A program made the position numbers and the translations under genes. A stretch of 64,000 nucleotides of DNA, taken from positions 1 to 64,000 of IMG/VR virus record IMGVR_UViG_3300044712_000340. One strand, given 5' to 3'. This document shows positions 19,509 to 30,299 of the stretch, piece by piece. The stretch comes from a virus. Numbering within the stretch: position 1 is the first letter of the stretch; each line of letters starts with the position of its first letter. Below the pieces are notes generated by a model that was not told the origin of the DNA, did no database searches, and saw only the letters and a list, made by a program, of their open reading frames with translations.

Positions 19509-20148
19509 GTTCATTGATTGGCTACCAGAGCTTAGATACAATGAGACTTTTTATGTGTGTCTATTTGCACGTAAGAAGTATTGTCAGCATTTAGTTCATA
19601 TAGCTAGTGATAAAGGTCAAATGAAACGATTTACTTCTAAAAAAGATTATCTTATTCAAAAGATAAAACAATTAGAATGTGAAGTAGGAAATTATACTGT
19701 TAAAGGTGTAATTGCACCCCAAGAAAGTTTAGCTTTGTATATCAATCCTAACCCCAGGGACATGGAGAAAGCAGCCAAACAATCTTTAAAACATTTTGCT
19801 GAGTTAATTACTAAACCTTATGGAGGATGGAATCCTCAAGCAGAAGTTATATCAGAAATACAGAAAGCTAAAAGTAGAACTATTTATTTTGACATTGATT
19901 TTGATGGAGTAGAGATATCTTCTATAAAAGACAGATTGTTAGGAATATTAAATTATTCTTCCTGCCATTTTCTTAAAACTAGAGGGGGATTCCATTTATT
20001 AGTTGAAATAGATAAAATTAATGAAGAATATAAGAAAACTTGGTACAAATCTGTAACTTCTTTTGAGGGTATAGATATTAAAGGAGACAATATGATTCCT
20101 GTACCAGGATGTACACAAGGAGATTTTACACCTTATTTTATAAAATAA
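19468..20148 (+). CDS. Putative AEP/PrimPol-superfamily protein
   Basis: FDIDFD and KTRGGFH motifs. Confidence 0.5.
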   Translation: MNYKIVTNEQQLIEFIDWLPELRYNETFYVCLFARKKYCQHLVHIASDKGQMKRFTSKKDYLIQKIKQLECEVGNYTVKGVIAPQESLALYINPNPRDMEKAAKQSLKHFAELITKPYGGWNPQAEVISEIQKAKSRTIYFDIDFDGVEISSIKDRLLGILNYSSCHFLKTRGGFHLLVEIDKINEEYKKTWYKSVTSFEGIDIKGDNMIPVPGCTQGDFTPYFIK

Positions 20149-20163
20149 TAAATCTAAAATAAA

Positions 20164-20649
20164 ACGGAAAAAGAAATTAAAATACAAGTACCTGATGGGT
20201 ATGAAATTGATAAAGATAAAAGTACTTTTGAAAGAATAGTATTTAAAGAGATTAAGAAAAATTTGACTTATAATGATATTGCCAAAAATCTATTTACTGG
20301 AAAAGACTTATGGAATTTAGAAGAAGGTGATGTAGATAAACTTGATTGGTCTTTAACAGACATTTTATATGCAGATAATTCTAAAACAAGAGAGCAATTA
20401 GAATCAATTTTAGCTTTAAATAAGTTATGTAATGTAGCTAAATACTTGAATGGTGACTGGATTCCTAATTTTATGGATTCTAGTAGAAAATGGTATATTT
20501 ACATAAGTGAAGGTGGAGCATTAAATATTCATAACTTTATTTCTACTAAGTTTAGTATTGTCTATTTTAAAACAGAACAACTAGCACAACAAGCTATAGA
20601 AATTTTAGGTGAAGAAGAAATAAGAAAAGCATTAACTTTAAATTGGTAG
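20164..20649 (+). CDS. Phage protein, probable start at ACG 20164
   Basis: In-frame EKEIKIQVPDGYEIDKDKSTFERIVFK upstream of the track start. Confidence 0.6.
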   Translation, partial: TEKEIKIQVPDGYEIDKDKSTFERIVFKEIKKNLTYNDIAKNLFTGKDLWNLEEGDVDKLDWSLTDILYADNSKTREQLESILALNKLCNVAKYLNGDWIPNFMDSSRKWYIYISEGGALNIHNFISTKFSIVYFKTEQLAQQAIEILGEEEIRKALTLNW

Positions 20650-22031
20650 ATATGGGAACTCAAGATTTAATAAAACTTAGTTTAGAAAAAGGATTTATGC
20701 CTATATTGTGGCATATCTCTTCATCTCCGCCAACAAAATTAGCTGAAAAATTCTATCCTTTATGGTTAAGTGATTTGCAGAAATGGTTAAGAGAAGCACA
20801 TAATATTCATATTGAAATACAAGCTATTAAAGGTGGGTATATCTCTACTAAGTTAGATGAACCTAAAATTCATTATAGACAAACTGTGTATACTGATTTA
20901 GTTACAGAAGATACATTAGATGAAACAAAATATAACATATATGAAGAGGCTTTAGAGTCTGCTTTAGAAGAAGCATTAACACTAATAAAATAAAATATGG
21001 AAATGTTTATAGGTTGCTGGAATAGTAGGCTAGATATTGTTCCAGAGCTTACTGAACAGGAAAAACAAGAAATATATGGAACTAATTGGAAATTTTTAAC
21101 TAATAAAAACTTAAATTATGGAGACTTACAAGACAAAATTAACAGACAGAGTTGCTGTATTATATCAATCAACAATGTTGGAAGCAGCAAAACCTGTGAC
21201 AAGACAGGAATTAATTAATAGAGAATGGGTAATAGACTTACCTGTTATAAGAAAACCACACAATAGGTACAGAAAAGATACACTATTATCTCCTGAACAA
21301 AAAGAAAGCCTTAAAGAAAACTATGGTAATCTTTATCTTAAAGGTATGACAGAACAAGACATTCTTAAAGTACTAAGAAAAAGACACAAGAACCACAAAT
21401 TAACTATGTTTGCTATAATTAGAAATTAATATTAACCTTAAAAATTTATTATTATGCCGCTATTTTGTGAAGTATGTAAAGTTGTTGTTAGTAAATTTAC
21501 TAAGCAACATTCAGATCCTTTTCAGCCTTATAATGATTTAACAGCTAAATTAGCTGAGATTCAGGCTAAAGAGGATATGAAGAAAGAAAAAGAACAAGAA
21601 AAGAAGAAAGAGAAAAAGTCATGAGAAAACTATTGGTTTTATTTAGTTTACTCTTAGTAGTAAACTCTCAAGCACAAACTAAGGATCAATTCAAAATCTT
21701 ATTAGATAAACTTGATTGTAAAGTTATAGTAGATACTACATCTTTTATTATAGGTGAGGTAGAATGTGAAAGGTTGATATCAGGTGTAAAATATAGAGTT
21801 GATTTATATGTTACAGGAATATTAGATAGAAATACTTTAACTTCCTGGACTGAGAGTTGGACTGATGCTACTAAACAAGATGTAATTCAAACTCTTAATG
21901 ATAATGAGTATCTAAAAAGAGCTGGGGAATCTAATGTATGGTTAGGTAGATTTGCTAATAAAGATTTTATGTGTATGCCATTGTTCTCTTATGAGAGGGA
22001 ATATTGGTATATATTATTTGTATTTATATAA
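20643..22031 (+). CDS. Hypothetical ORFs (20643-20993, 21118-21429, 21621-22031 with signal peptide)
   Basis: ORF track; terminator hairpin follows at about 22036-22065. Confidence 0.55.
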
Positions 22032-22091
22032 GATAATAAGGGTAGAAATGCCCTTATTATTTTTTCCTTAAGGCATTTAAATTAAATAAGT

Positions 22092-22649
22092 ATGGAAACA
22101 GAAGAAATATGGAAACCAATTAAAGGGTATGAAGATTTATACGAAGTGTCTAATCTGGGTAGAGTTAAAAGATTAGATTCTAATATAATATTGAAATATA
22201 ACAAGGATATTAAAAATAAATTAAAAGTTTGTTTGTGTAAACAAGGAAAAATAACTTATAAAGTAGTATCACGTATTGTAGTAGAATCCTTTTTAGGTCT
22301 TTCTTATAAACATTTTATTAAGTTTAAAGACTCAAATAGCTTGAATGTTAAACTAAATAATTTAGACACCAATAATATTAGATACTGTTCTGATTGCGGA
22401 AAAGAACTATTTTTAATAAATAAAGAAAGAATTAAATGTGATTACTGCTTTAAAGTACCTTATTATAAAATAAGTAAAATAAGTAAAAGAAATAAAATTA
22501 AAGACTTACATCCTACATATGTAAATTTCCTTTTAAAAGACAAGGGGTTTGCTAAAGAAGAGATAAATCCTATATTATATGATATACAATTATTAATGGT
22601 TAAAACAAAAAGATTATGCAAAACATTAAAGAACTCAGAGATGCTTTAG
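22092..22649 (+). CDS. NUMOD4-domain protein, degenerate HNH-like
   Basis: EIWKPIKGYEDLYEVSNLGRVK; HNH histidines not evident. Confidence 0.75.
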   Translation: METEEIWKPIKGYEDLYEVSNLGRVKRLDSNIILKYNKDIKNKLKVCLCKQGKITYKVVSRIVVESFLGLSYKHFIKFKDSNSLNVKLNNLDTNNIRYCSDCGKELFLINKERIKCDYCFKVPYYKISKISKRNKIKDLHPTYVNFLLKDKGFAKEEINPILYDIQLLMVKTKRLCKTLKNSEML

Positions 22650-22846
22650 CTAAAAATTATGAAAGATTAGAAGAAGCTTATTCAAATCAAAATGTAACTA
22701 AAGAATTACAGTTTATTACAAAAGAGGTAACTAATATGACAGGTAAATTTATGCAATCTGTAGCTTTAGAAGTAAAAACACAGCAACATTTAGGAATAAA
22801 AGAATCAATACCTTTCATGAAATATAATAAAACTAGTAAAAAATGA
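22616..22846 (+). CDS. Hypothetical protein
   Basis: ORF track. Confidence 0.6.
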   Translation: MQNIKELRDALAKNYERLEEAYSNQNVTKELQFITKEVTNMTGKFMQSVALEVKTQQHLGIKESIPFMKYNKTSKK

Positions 22847-23089
22847 AGTATAAGTAATGAAAAACTGTAATGGAGTACTGGAACTTCACATTAAATAATA
22901 AAACGGTTCGGAGCAGAAGTGCTGATGCTATTACTTATATTTAATATGTAATTATACAGAGTAAAGAGTGTAGCAACAGGTGAATAGAGATTGTAGCCTA
23001 AAAGCACCGACGATTTGGCATAGTGGGTACAGTCTCCTGTATAGTTATATATTTATAGGTTTTCACTGTTGTACCTTAAACAATAGTGA
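22846..23089 (+). ncRNA. Two abutting structured modules plus hairpin
   Basis: Stems 22846-22942 and 22943-23053 (17 bp with G-T pairs); TCACTGTTG/CAATAGTGA hairpin. Confidence 0.6.
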
Positions 23090-23110
23090 TTTTAAATTAA
23101 ATTAATTATT

Positions 23111-24199
23111 ATGAATAATATAAAGTGGAAAACATATAATCCTAAAACAACAGGTAAGTATCTAACATGGGTACAACATAGCCACTCTACCTTAGAAAAA
23201 TCTTTCTATTTCTTTTTAACTACTTATGATTCAGACAATGGATGGCATACAAGTCCAAATGTTACAGTACTATGTTGGACACATCTACCTGATATGCCTA
23301 AATTTGAAGTAGATTTAGTAGATGAAAAGATGGAGGAATTTATTGATAAAGTGGATAAACTTTGTTATGACTATGGGTATGAAATAAGTGCCCTTACTAC
23401 AGTTGAAATGAACTCTTTATTAGTAATAGAGGGAGAAAATGAAAGAGTTAAACTTAAATCCATTATAGGGGATGGAAGAGGTAAATTATGAGAATATATA
23501 AGAGACATAAAATAAAATATGTAATAGATACAGAGTGGTATTTGAATACTTTAAAGTTACATTCATGGTATAAAAATGAGTGGAAAACAAGTTCTGTAGG
23601 AGTTAAGGTATTTACAATATTACCTAGTCTGTATTTAACTTTTCCTTATTGGAGAGGTATTACACATGATTCTAATACTGTATGTGTTATATGTAGTTTT
23701 CTAACTTTTTGGTTTAAACTAAGTATTTATTATAAATTTACTCCTATACAAAAATTAGAAGACGGTAAAACAATTGATTATAGTAATACTATAGATATAT
23801 GAAAAAATTTGTACAATGTTGTACTAAGATAACTTGTAAAGATATAAACGAATTATGTAGTAAAATAAATGCTTTAGAGGCAGCTAGTGAATACCCTATA
23901 AGTGTTTCTCCTTCTATAGCTAATAGAACAGATACTAATTTTTGGTATAATGTATTTTATTATAAACAAGTAGCAAATGACGAAAATTTATGAAAATAAA
24001 TTGGTATACAGGTGATCCTGTACTTGAAGGATGGTATATAGTTTATGCTAATTATACTTGGGAAGAGCAACACTTGGTTGGAATACAAGCTATGTTTAAA
24101 TGGAGCAAAGTAGATTTATGGCATTGCCCTCTTGGATATGAAATACTTTATTGGACTTATTTACTAGATGAACCTACAGATGAAAATATTATTTCTTGA
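23111..24199 (+). CDS. Four coupled hypothetical ORFs
   Basis: ATGA overlaps. Confidence 0.6.
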
Positions 24200-24659
24200 T
24201 TTTGACGGAGTATTAAACTCTTTAGATAATATGGAAGCTAATTATTTTCTTTGGAAAAGTGGAATACAACATAAATCTAAAGATAGATTTGGGGATTTAT
24301 TTGACCAAAGATGTGTTAATTGGTTAACATATATTGTAATGAAAACAAACTGTAAAATAGTTATATCTAGTTCTTGGAGAAAGTCTGGTAAATTTGCTAT
24401 GATAGAAGTATGGGAAGAAAGAAAAATGCCTGGATACTTAATAGGTACTACACCCATACTAGAGGATCAACTAAGAGGATACGAGATAAAAGAATTCTTA
24501 TTACAAGAAGAGATGATAGGTGGGGGTAATGTAGAGTCTTATTGTATTGTAGATGATGATAATGATATGTTAGAAGGGCAACCATTAGTACAAACTAATC
24601 CTATATATGGATTAGATAAAACTGCTGCAATACAAGTAATGAATATTTTAAATAAATGA
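24168..24659 (+). CDS. HAD-superfamily phosphatase (RNA-repair-type HAD)
   Basis: FLDFDGVLN, ISSSWR, RGYEI, IVDDD. Confidence 0.85.
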   Translation: MNLQMKILFLDFDGVLNSLDNMEANYFLWKSGIQHKSKDRFGDLFDQRCVNWLTYIVMKTNCKIVISSSWRKSGKFAMIEVWEERKMPGYLIGTTPILEDQLRGYEIKEFLLQEEMIGGGNVESYCIVDDDNDMLEGQPLVQTNPIYGLDKTAAIQVMNILNK

Positions 24660-24687
24660 ATTATTAATAATTAAATTAAGTATAAGT

Positions 24688-25317
24688 ATGAATAAATTTT
24701 TAGATTTTAGTTCATTAATGAACTTGGAAGTAGCTACTCCAGAAAAAGTAAAAGTACAAAGAGGTACTTTAAAAACTGATATTAAAGGTGATTTTAGAAT
24801 TACTAAGTCAGGACATATCTATTATTCTGATTCTTTTAAGAAAGAATTAGAAGTTCTAGTAGATGTGCAAGTAGAAGAAACAGGTACTATTGAACCTAAA
24901 CCATTTCTAAAATACCTTGATGTAATAGATGGAACAAAAGTAAAATGGTCTAATGACCAAAAAGCTGATTTTATGTTTGTTGCTATTCAACCTGTAGGAA
25001 CAGCTAAAGCAGCTATTCAAGGTGGTGAAGGTAAAGTAGCATTTGTTGATAAATGGTTCAAACAAATTGCTAATGCTTGTTATGCTGTTAATTGGGAAAC
25101 AGAATCTTTTATTGATTTTACTTTATTGAAAGATAAAGCTAAAGAATTTAAAATTTTCAATATTCCAAGAACTAATAAGAAAGGTGAGCCTGATTATGCA
25201 AGAAGGGAAAATATTACAATGTACCCTTGTGTACCTACTAGTATGATTCCACCTGTAGTAGTACAACAAGAAATAGAGTTTCCTGAAGTTGTTAATGAAT
25301 CAGTAACAATAGAGTAA
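24688..25317 (+). CDS. Hypothetical protein upstream of DNA polymerase
   Basis: 209 aa ORF followed by terminator AGAAGGTAC/GTACCTTCT-TTT. Confidence 0.7.
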   Translation: MNKFLDFSSLMNLEVATPEKVKVQRGTLKTDIKGDFRITKSGHIYYSDSFKKELEVLVDVQVEETGTIEPKPFLKYLDVIDGTKVKWSNDQKADFMFVAIQPVGTAKAAIQGGEGKVAFVDKWFKQIANACYAVNWETESFIDFTLLKDKAKEFKIFNIPRTNKKGEPDYARRENITMYPCVPTSMIPPVVVQQEIEFPEVVNESVTIE

Positions 25318-25368
25318 TTTTTAATTTTAGAAGGTACAATAAAGTACCTTCTTTTAATTTTTACACAG

Positions 25369-27690
25369 ATGAAACTTAATTATTTAGGTACAAAAGTAAA
25401 TGGTATTGATACTGGGGATTTTGAAGTATTTAAATCTTGGGTAATACAACAAAAGAAATTAGGGTTAGATTTGGAATCCAATGTCACCCAATCCATACTA
25501 GACAGGTTCTTAGTTACTGTTCAATTAGCAAATAAAGAGGAGACTTGGAGTTTTCAATGGTCATTTTTAACTTCTAAACAACAACAATTTATACTAGACA
25601 GACTAAATAAATCAGATATACTTTATATAATTCATGGAAGTACTTTTGAGTATACTTTATTACTAAAATATGGGGTAAGGCTTAAGAATATATGGGATAC
25701 ATATAGAGCAGAACAAGTATTGAATAAAGGAAGAGGCATAGAACAATCTCAATTTGATTTAGGTTCTGTAATATTTAAAAGATTTGGAATCACATTGAAT
25801 AAAGAACTTCAAACTTCTTTTGGTGACAATGTAATGACTAAAGAAAAAGTTTATTATATGAATATGGATGTAGCTAAGTCTGTAGAATTATATGAAATTC
25901 AATTAGGTGAGATGAAATCGTTTGATAAAGCATATCCTCAGAAATTTCATAAAGGTTTAGTTAAAACTATGTGGTGGGATAATGAATTTGCTTTAGTTGC
26001 TGGAGATTTAGAGTATCAAGGTGTAGTATTAGATACTAATAAATGGATGGAATGCTATAATAAATACTACCCTAAAATGTTAGAAGCTAAAGCTAAATTA
26101 GATGCTATTGTAATAGAAGAGTTTAGTGATTTTGCTAAAGGACAAGGTTGGTTATCAGATGTTGATAGATTTGAATCTATATGGGGAAGTACAGAAAAGA
26201 AAAGGGAAATACTGAAATTAGTATTTCCTAATATTGAATCTGTAACTAAATTAGGATTAAAAGAATATCTTAGAGATAATGATCCTGATTTTCCTAATGA
26301 ATTAAAAGACAAAAAAATAGTTGTAACTAAATGGAATGAGGATAAAACTCAAACTATAGAAGAAATAAAGTATAAATCTTTATTAAATACTAAACAATGG
26401 GATAATCATAAATATGAAAGGGATTTAAATAATAGTAAATACGATTTAATAAAGCTTTTACTTATTACAGGTAAAGACGAAGATTATACCCCTAATCTAA
26501 ACCAATTCTTCTATAAGAATTTTCCAGAGTTTATGTTAGAACATGAATATGTTATTCCTGCTAATACTTTAAGTTTAAACTGGGCTAGTCCTTCTCAAGT
26601 ATTGGATATATTCAAGCAAATAAAACCTACTATAGAAGATACTAAAGCATTAACTGTAGAAGATAACTTATTAACTCATAAACTATTTAAGGCTTACGAG
26701 GAATTTAAAGAGTATATTACTTTAGTTACTAAATACGGCCCAGAGTATTTAAATCATGTACAAGTTGACGGTAGAATTAGAACAGTCTATAATACAGTGC
26801 TGGCAACTGGACGTTTATCAGCAAAAGAACCCAACATGCTGGGCCTACCCAGGAATAATGATTATAGAGCTTGTTTCACAGCTCCTGAAGGATTTAAAAT
26901 AATAGACGCAGACTGGGACAGTCAAGAATTAACTATAATAGCCTCATTATCAAATGAATATATATGGTTACACCATTTAGAGTTAGCTCATGACCTACAT
27001 TCTGTTAATGCTGAGATTGTGTTGGAAGATGAATGGAAGAACAATGCTTTAGATGATTGTAATTATTATAAGAATTTTGATAAATGTAAATGCCCTAAAC
27101 ATAAAGAGCAAAGAACTTTTATTAAATCTATTGACTTTGGATTAGCTTATGGTTTAAGTGCTTATGGTTTAGCTGCTAGACAACATAAAACAGAAGAAGA
27201 AGCTAAGCTTGTAATAGATAAGTTTTTCTCTAAATTTACTAAAGTAAAAGAATTTTTAGATAAATGCGGAAAATTTGCAGTAACTTCTAGTATGATAAAT
27301 AACAGTGCTCTAGGAGGTATAAGATTCTTTGATAAATGGAAAACTGCTAAAAAACAAGACTATACAGGAATGTGGGTATATGCTAATCCTGAAGAAGCTA
27401 GAGGTGTTATGAGAGCTGGAATGAATTATCCTATTCAATCTTTTGGGGCTGATTTATTAAAAGTAGCTTTTGTACTTTTAAGAAGATGGATTATTAATAA
27501 CAATTTGACTAAAAATATTCAAATAGCACTTCCATATCATGATCAAGCTATACTATATGCCGATAATGAGCATACTATACTAGCAGCAGAAAAGCTAGAG
27601 TATTTTATGAAACTATCAGGCAAGTTGTTATTAAAGAATGATTTACTTAGAGCTAGTGCTTCAATAAGTGATTTTTGGAAAAAAGATTAA
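25369..27690 (+). CDS. polA: DNA polymerase family A with 3'-5' exonuclease
   Basis: ExoI LDLES, ATGRLS..PN, motif A DWDSQEL, motif B KSIDFGLAYG, NYPIQS, motif C YHDQ. Confidence 0.95.
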   Translation: MKLNYLGTKVNGIDTGDFEVFKSWVIQQKKLGLDLESNVTQSILDRFLVTVQLANKEETWSFQWSFLTSKQQQFILDRLNKSDILYIIHGSTFEYTLLLKYGVRLKNIWDTYRAEQVLNKGRGIEQSQFDLGSVIFKRFGITLNKELQTSFGDNVMTKEKVYYMNMDVAKSVELYEIQLGEMKSFDKAYPQKFHKGLVKTMWWDNEFALVAGDLEYQGVVLDTNKWMECYNKYYPKMLEAKAKLDAIVIEEFSDFAKGQGWLSDVDRFESIWGSTEKKREILKLVFPNIESVTKLGLKEYLRDNDPDFPNELKDKKIVVTKWNEDKTQTIEEIKYKSLLNTKQWDNHKYERDLNNSKYDLIKLLLITGKDEDYTPNLNQFFYKNFPEFMLEHEYVIPANTLSLNWASPSQVLDIFKQIKPTIEDTKALTVEDNLLTHKLFKAYEEFKEYITLVTKYGPEYLNHVQVDGRIRTVYNTVLATGRLSAKEPNMLGLPRNNDYRACFTAPEGFKIIDADWDSQELTIIASLSNEYIWLHHLELAHDLHSVNAEIVLEDEWKNNALDDCNYYKNFDKCKCPKHKEQRTFIKSIDFGLAYGLSAYGLAARQHKTEEEAKLVIDKFFSKFTKVKEFLDKCGKFAVTSSMINNSALGGIRFFDKWKTAKKQDYTGMWVYANPEEARGVMRAGMNYPIQSFGADLLKVAFVLLRRWIINNNLTKNIQIALPYHDQAILYADNEHTILAAEKLEYFMKLSGKLLLKNDLLRASASISDFWKKD

Positions 27691-30299
27691 TAATATGAAT
27701 AAACATTTAGAAATAATACTTAAAAAGATGTGTGAAATGGTAGAAGCTGATTACTCTTTAATTGATTTTAAAGAAGAAGGCTGGTTTACTAAATATACAT
27801 GGACTTTAGAACGAGAAAAAGAATTTAAAGTATGGTTACAGAATTATTTAAAGGATAATAAAGAAGTCAGACAAGCTTTATTAAGTTATCCTATTTTAAG
27901 GAAAAGTAATTACTCTAAAGCAGTAGATGAATTTTGTTTTAACTATGGTTGGAAATATGAAAAAGATAAAACTATTTAATCCTATTAATGTAGTAGGTTG
28001 TCCTAAATGTGGTCAAAGAACATTTAAGAAGATAGTTAATTCGGATAATAGTTTTTACTGGAAATGTACTCATTGTCTTTATGAAACACAAGTAAACAAA
28101 AAGAAATGAACTACTTTGAAATGAGGTATATTTGGGATGACCCACAACAAGCTGCATATTCTAAAACCATAAGTTTTGAATGCAAAGGCCTATTTAAAAC
28201 TTGGAAATTAGAGAATGAAACTGACGAAATATTTAAGTGTCGGTCTGAAAAAGCTGCTATAGAACAATTAGGTAGAATAAATAGAAAAAGTAGGATTCCT
28301 GCTTTAGTAGAAATATTTGAATTTTATTAAAAGAAATGACACAAGAAGAATTAGAAGGTAATAAATTAATAGCTAAATATATTGGAGCTACTAAACGTGA
28401 GCAAGGTAGTTTTGAATTATATAATTTTCCAGAGAAAACCAAAGAAGGGTTTAAATCCTATGATGTAATTTACTTAGAGTTTCATTGTTCAATGGATTGG
28501 TTATATCCAGTATATCAAAAGATTGTGAAGTGGCATGAAAAAGGTAATAATGATAAATTAGATATTTATTCTAAAACATTGTTAAATAGTAAGTACTTAG
28601 ACTGTATATTGAAAGTTTCTGGAGGAGAATCTGTTTCTGAAATATTCAAAAAGATAGTTGAATGGATTAAAATTTACAATTTAAAAGTATTAGAAAATGA
28701 CAAAACTTGAAGAAATAATAAATAAACATCGTATAGATGCAAACCATTGGGCAGACCAAGATTTTACAGATGAAACTGTTGAAATTATTGCTAAAGAATA
28801 TGCAGAGTTCTGTTGTGAAGAGCAAAAGAAAACTTGCGCTGAGAATGCTAGTTTAACAAGTATGACTTTAGAAGAAATACCTGAGAATTGTAATTTTATG
28901 CATTTTCAATTATTAGACTCAGATTTTGCTATCGTTGATAAAGAATCAATTTTAAATTGTCCGACTTATAAAGAAGAAGATGGAAAGTAAATATAAAGAA
29001 AGAGTTGTTAATCTATTCGAAGTGTATAAAAATTTATACCATTTTGAAGAGGGTTCACCTGAATATCTTATAGATAAAGAGGATTTTATTGAAGTAATGT
29101 GTCAATTAGCTGAAGAAGTTGAAAAAGAAGTAGTAGATCAGTTTTTAGGTAATCCAGGTTATATTTGGTATACTAAAGAACAAGCAGAAGAATTACTTCA
29201 GAAACAAAGAGAATTATGTGCTAAAGTTGATAGAGATAGTATTTTAAATACAAAACTTAAACTGGATGGAAAAGATATTAAGAAAAGTTAAATGTAGTGA
29301 AAGATTGCCAACTGAAGAAGGATATCGATTTGTATTAATGCCTACAAGTGAGAAAAGAAAACTAATGTTTATAAAACTGGATAATACCTGGTATTCTGAT
29401 GCAAATGAAATAAAAAATCCTGAATATTGGTATGAAGAAGTTGAGTTAGATTTGATAGCGATTGAAAGACTTGGGTTAAAAGATAAATTTATACATTCTG
29501 AATTATTTGCTAAAGAGAGGTATGAAAAAGCTTTAAACTATATTGAAGAACATTCAGGAAATATAATATGCTATTTAGAAGAAGCAAGAAAAGCACTTAG
29601 AATAGCTGCTGGATTGGAGGAAGTATGACAAAAGCACATAAGTATTTAAAAGATTTCCATTTACCTAATGATGAAAAACTCTTGCAATTAATTAAAAAAG
29701 TGCAAGAAGATACAATCAAAGAAACTGTTGAAGAATGTTCTAAAAATTTATTTCTCATCGGGTCTTGGCAAGAACCTAATTATATGCAAACTATGGGATA
29801 TAGAAATACTGTTAGTTTTGTTAAAACGTGGGAATTAAAAGCTCTTAATCTTAAAGTAAGAATAAATATTGAAACAGATAAAAACCATGTTTTATCAGTA
29901 GCTGAGAAATTAATAAAAAAATTATGACAAAAGAAAGTACAATTAGATCTATTAAAGCTAGAATTATAGCTGAACATTCCAAGCATAGTAATTTAGATTG
30001 GATGGAAATAACTGCTAGAAAATTATATTCTGGTATTATTCAAGATTTACAAAGAGATGCTTTTGAAGCTGGTAGAGAAGGACATATAGAAGTCATTGGA
30101 GCAACTTATTATAAAACATTTGAAGATTATTTAAAAGAGATAAATGAATGATATAAAATATTTATATGGGTTTAATATAGGGATACTAGTAGAGTTTATA
30201 GTTAGAGTAGATTCTACTAATTTATTTGCTTGGATTTGTCTTAGTTTATTGTTATTAATAGTTATTTTAGATACAATAGAAGAAAGAATAAAAAGATGA
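27668..30299 (+). CDS. Run of about ten small coupled hypothetical ORFs
   Basis: ORF track, overlapping stop/start codons. Confidence 0.6.

Noticed and set aside
22092-22649. Active HNH homing endonuclease or intron
   Set aside because: Catalytic His residues not evident and no interrupted host gene
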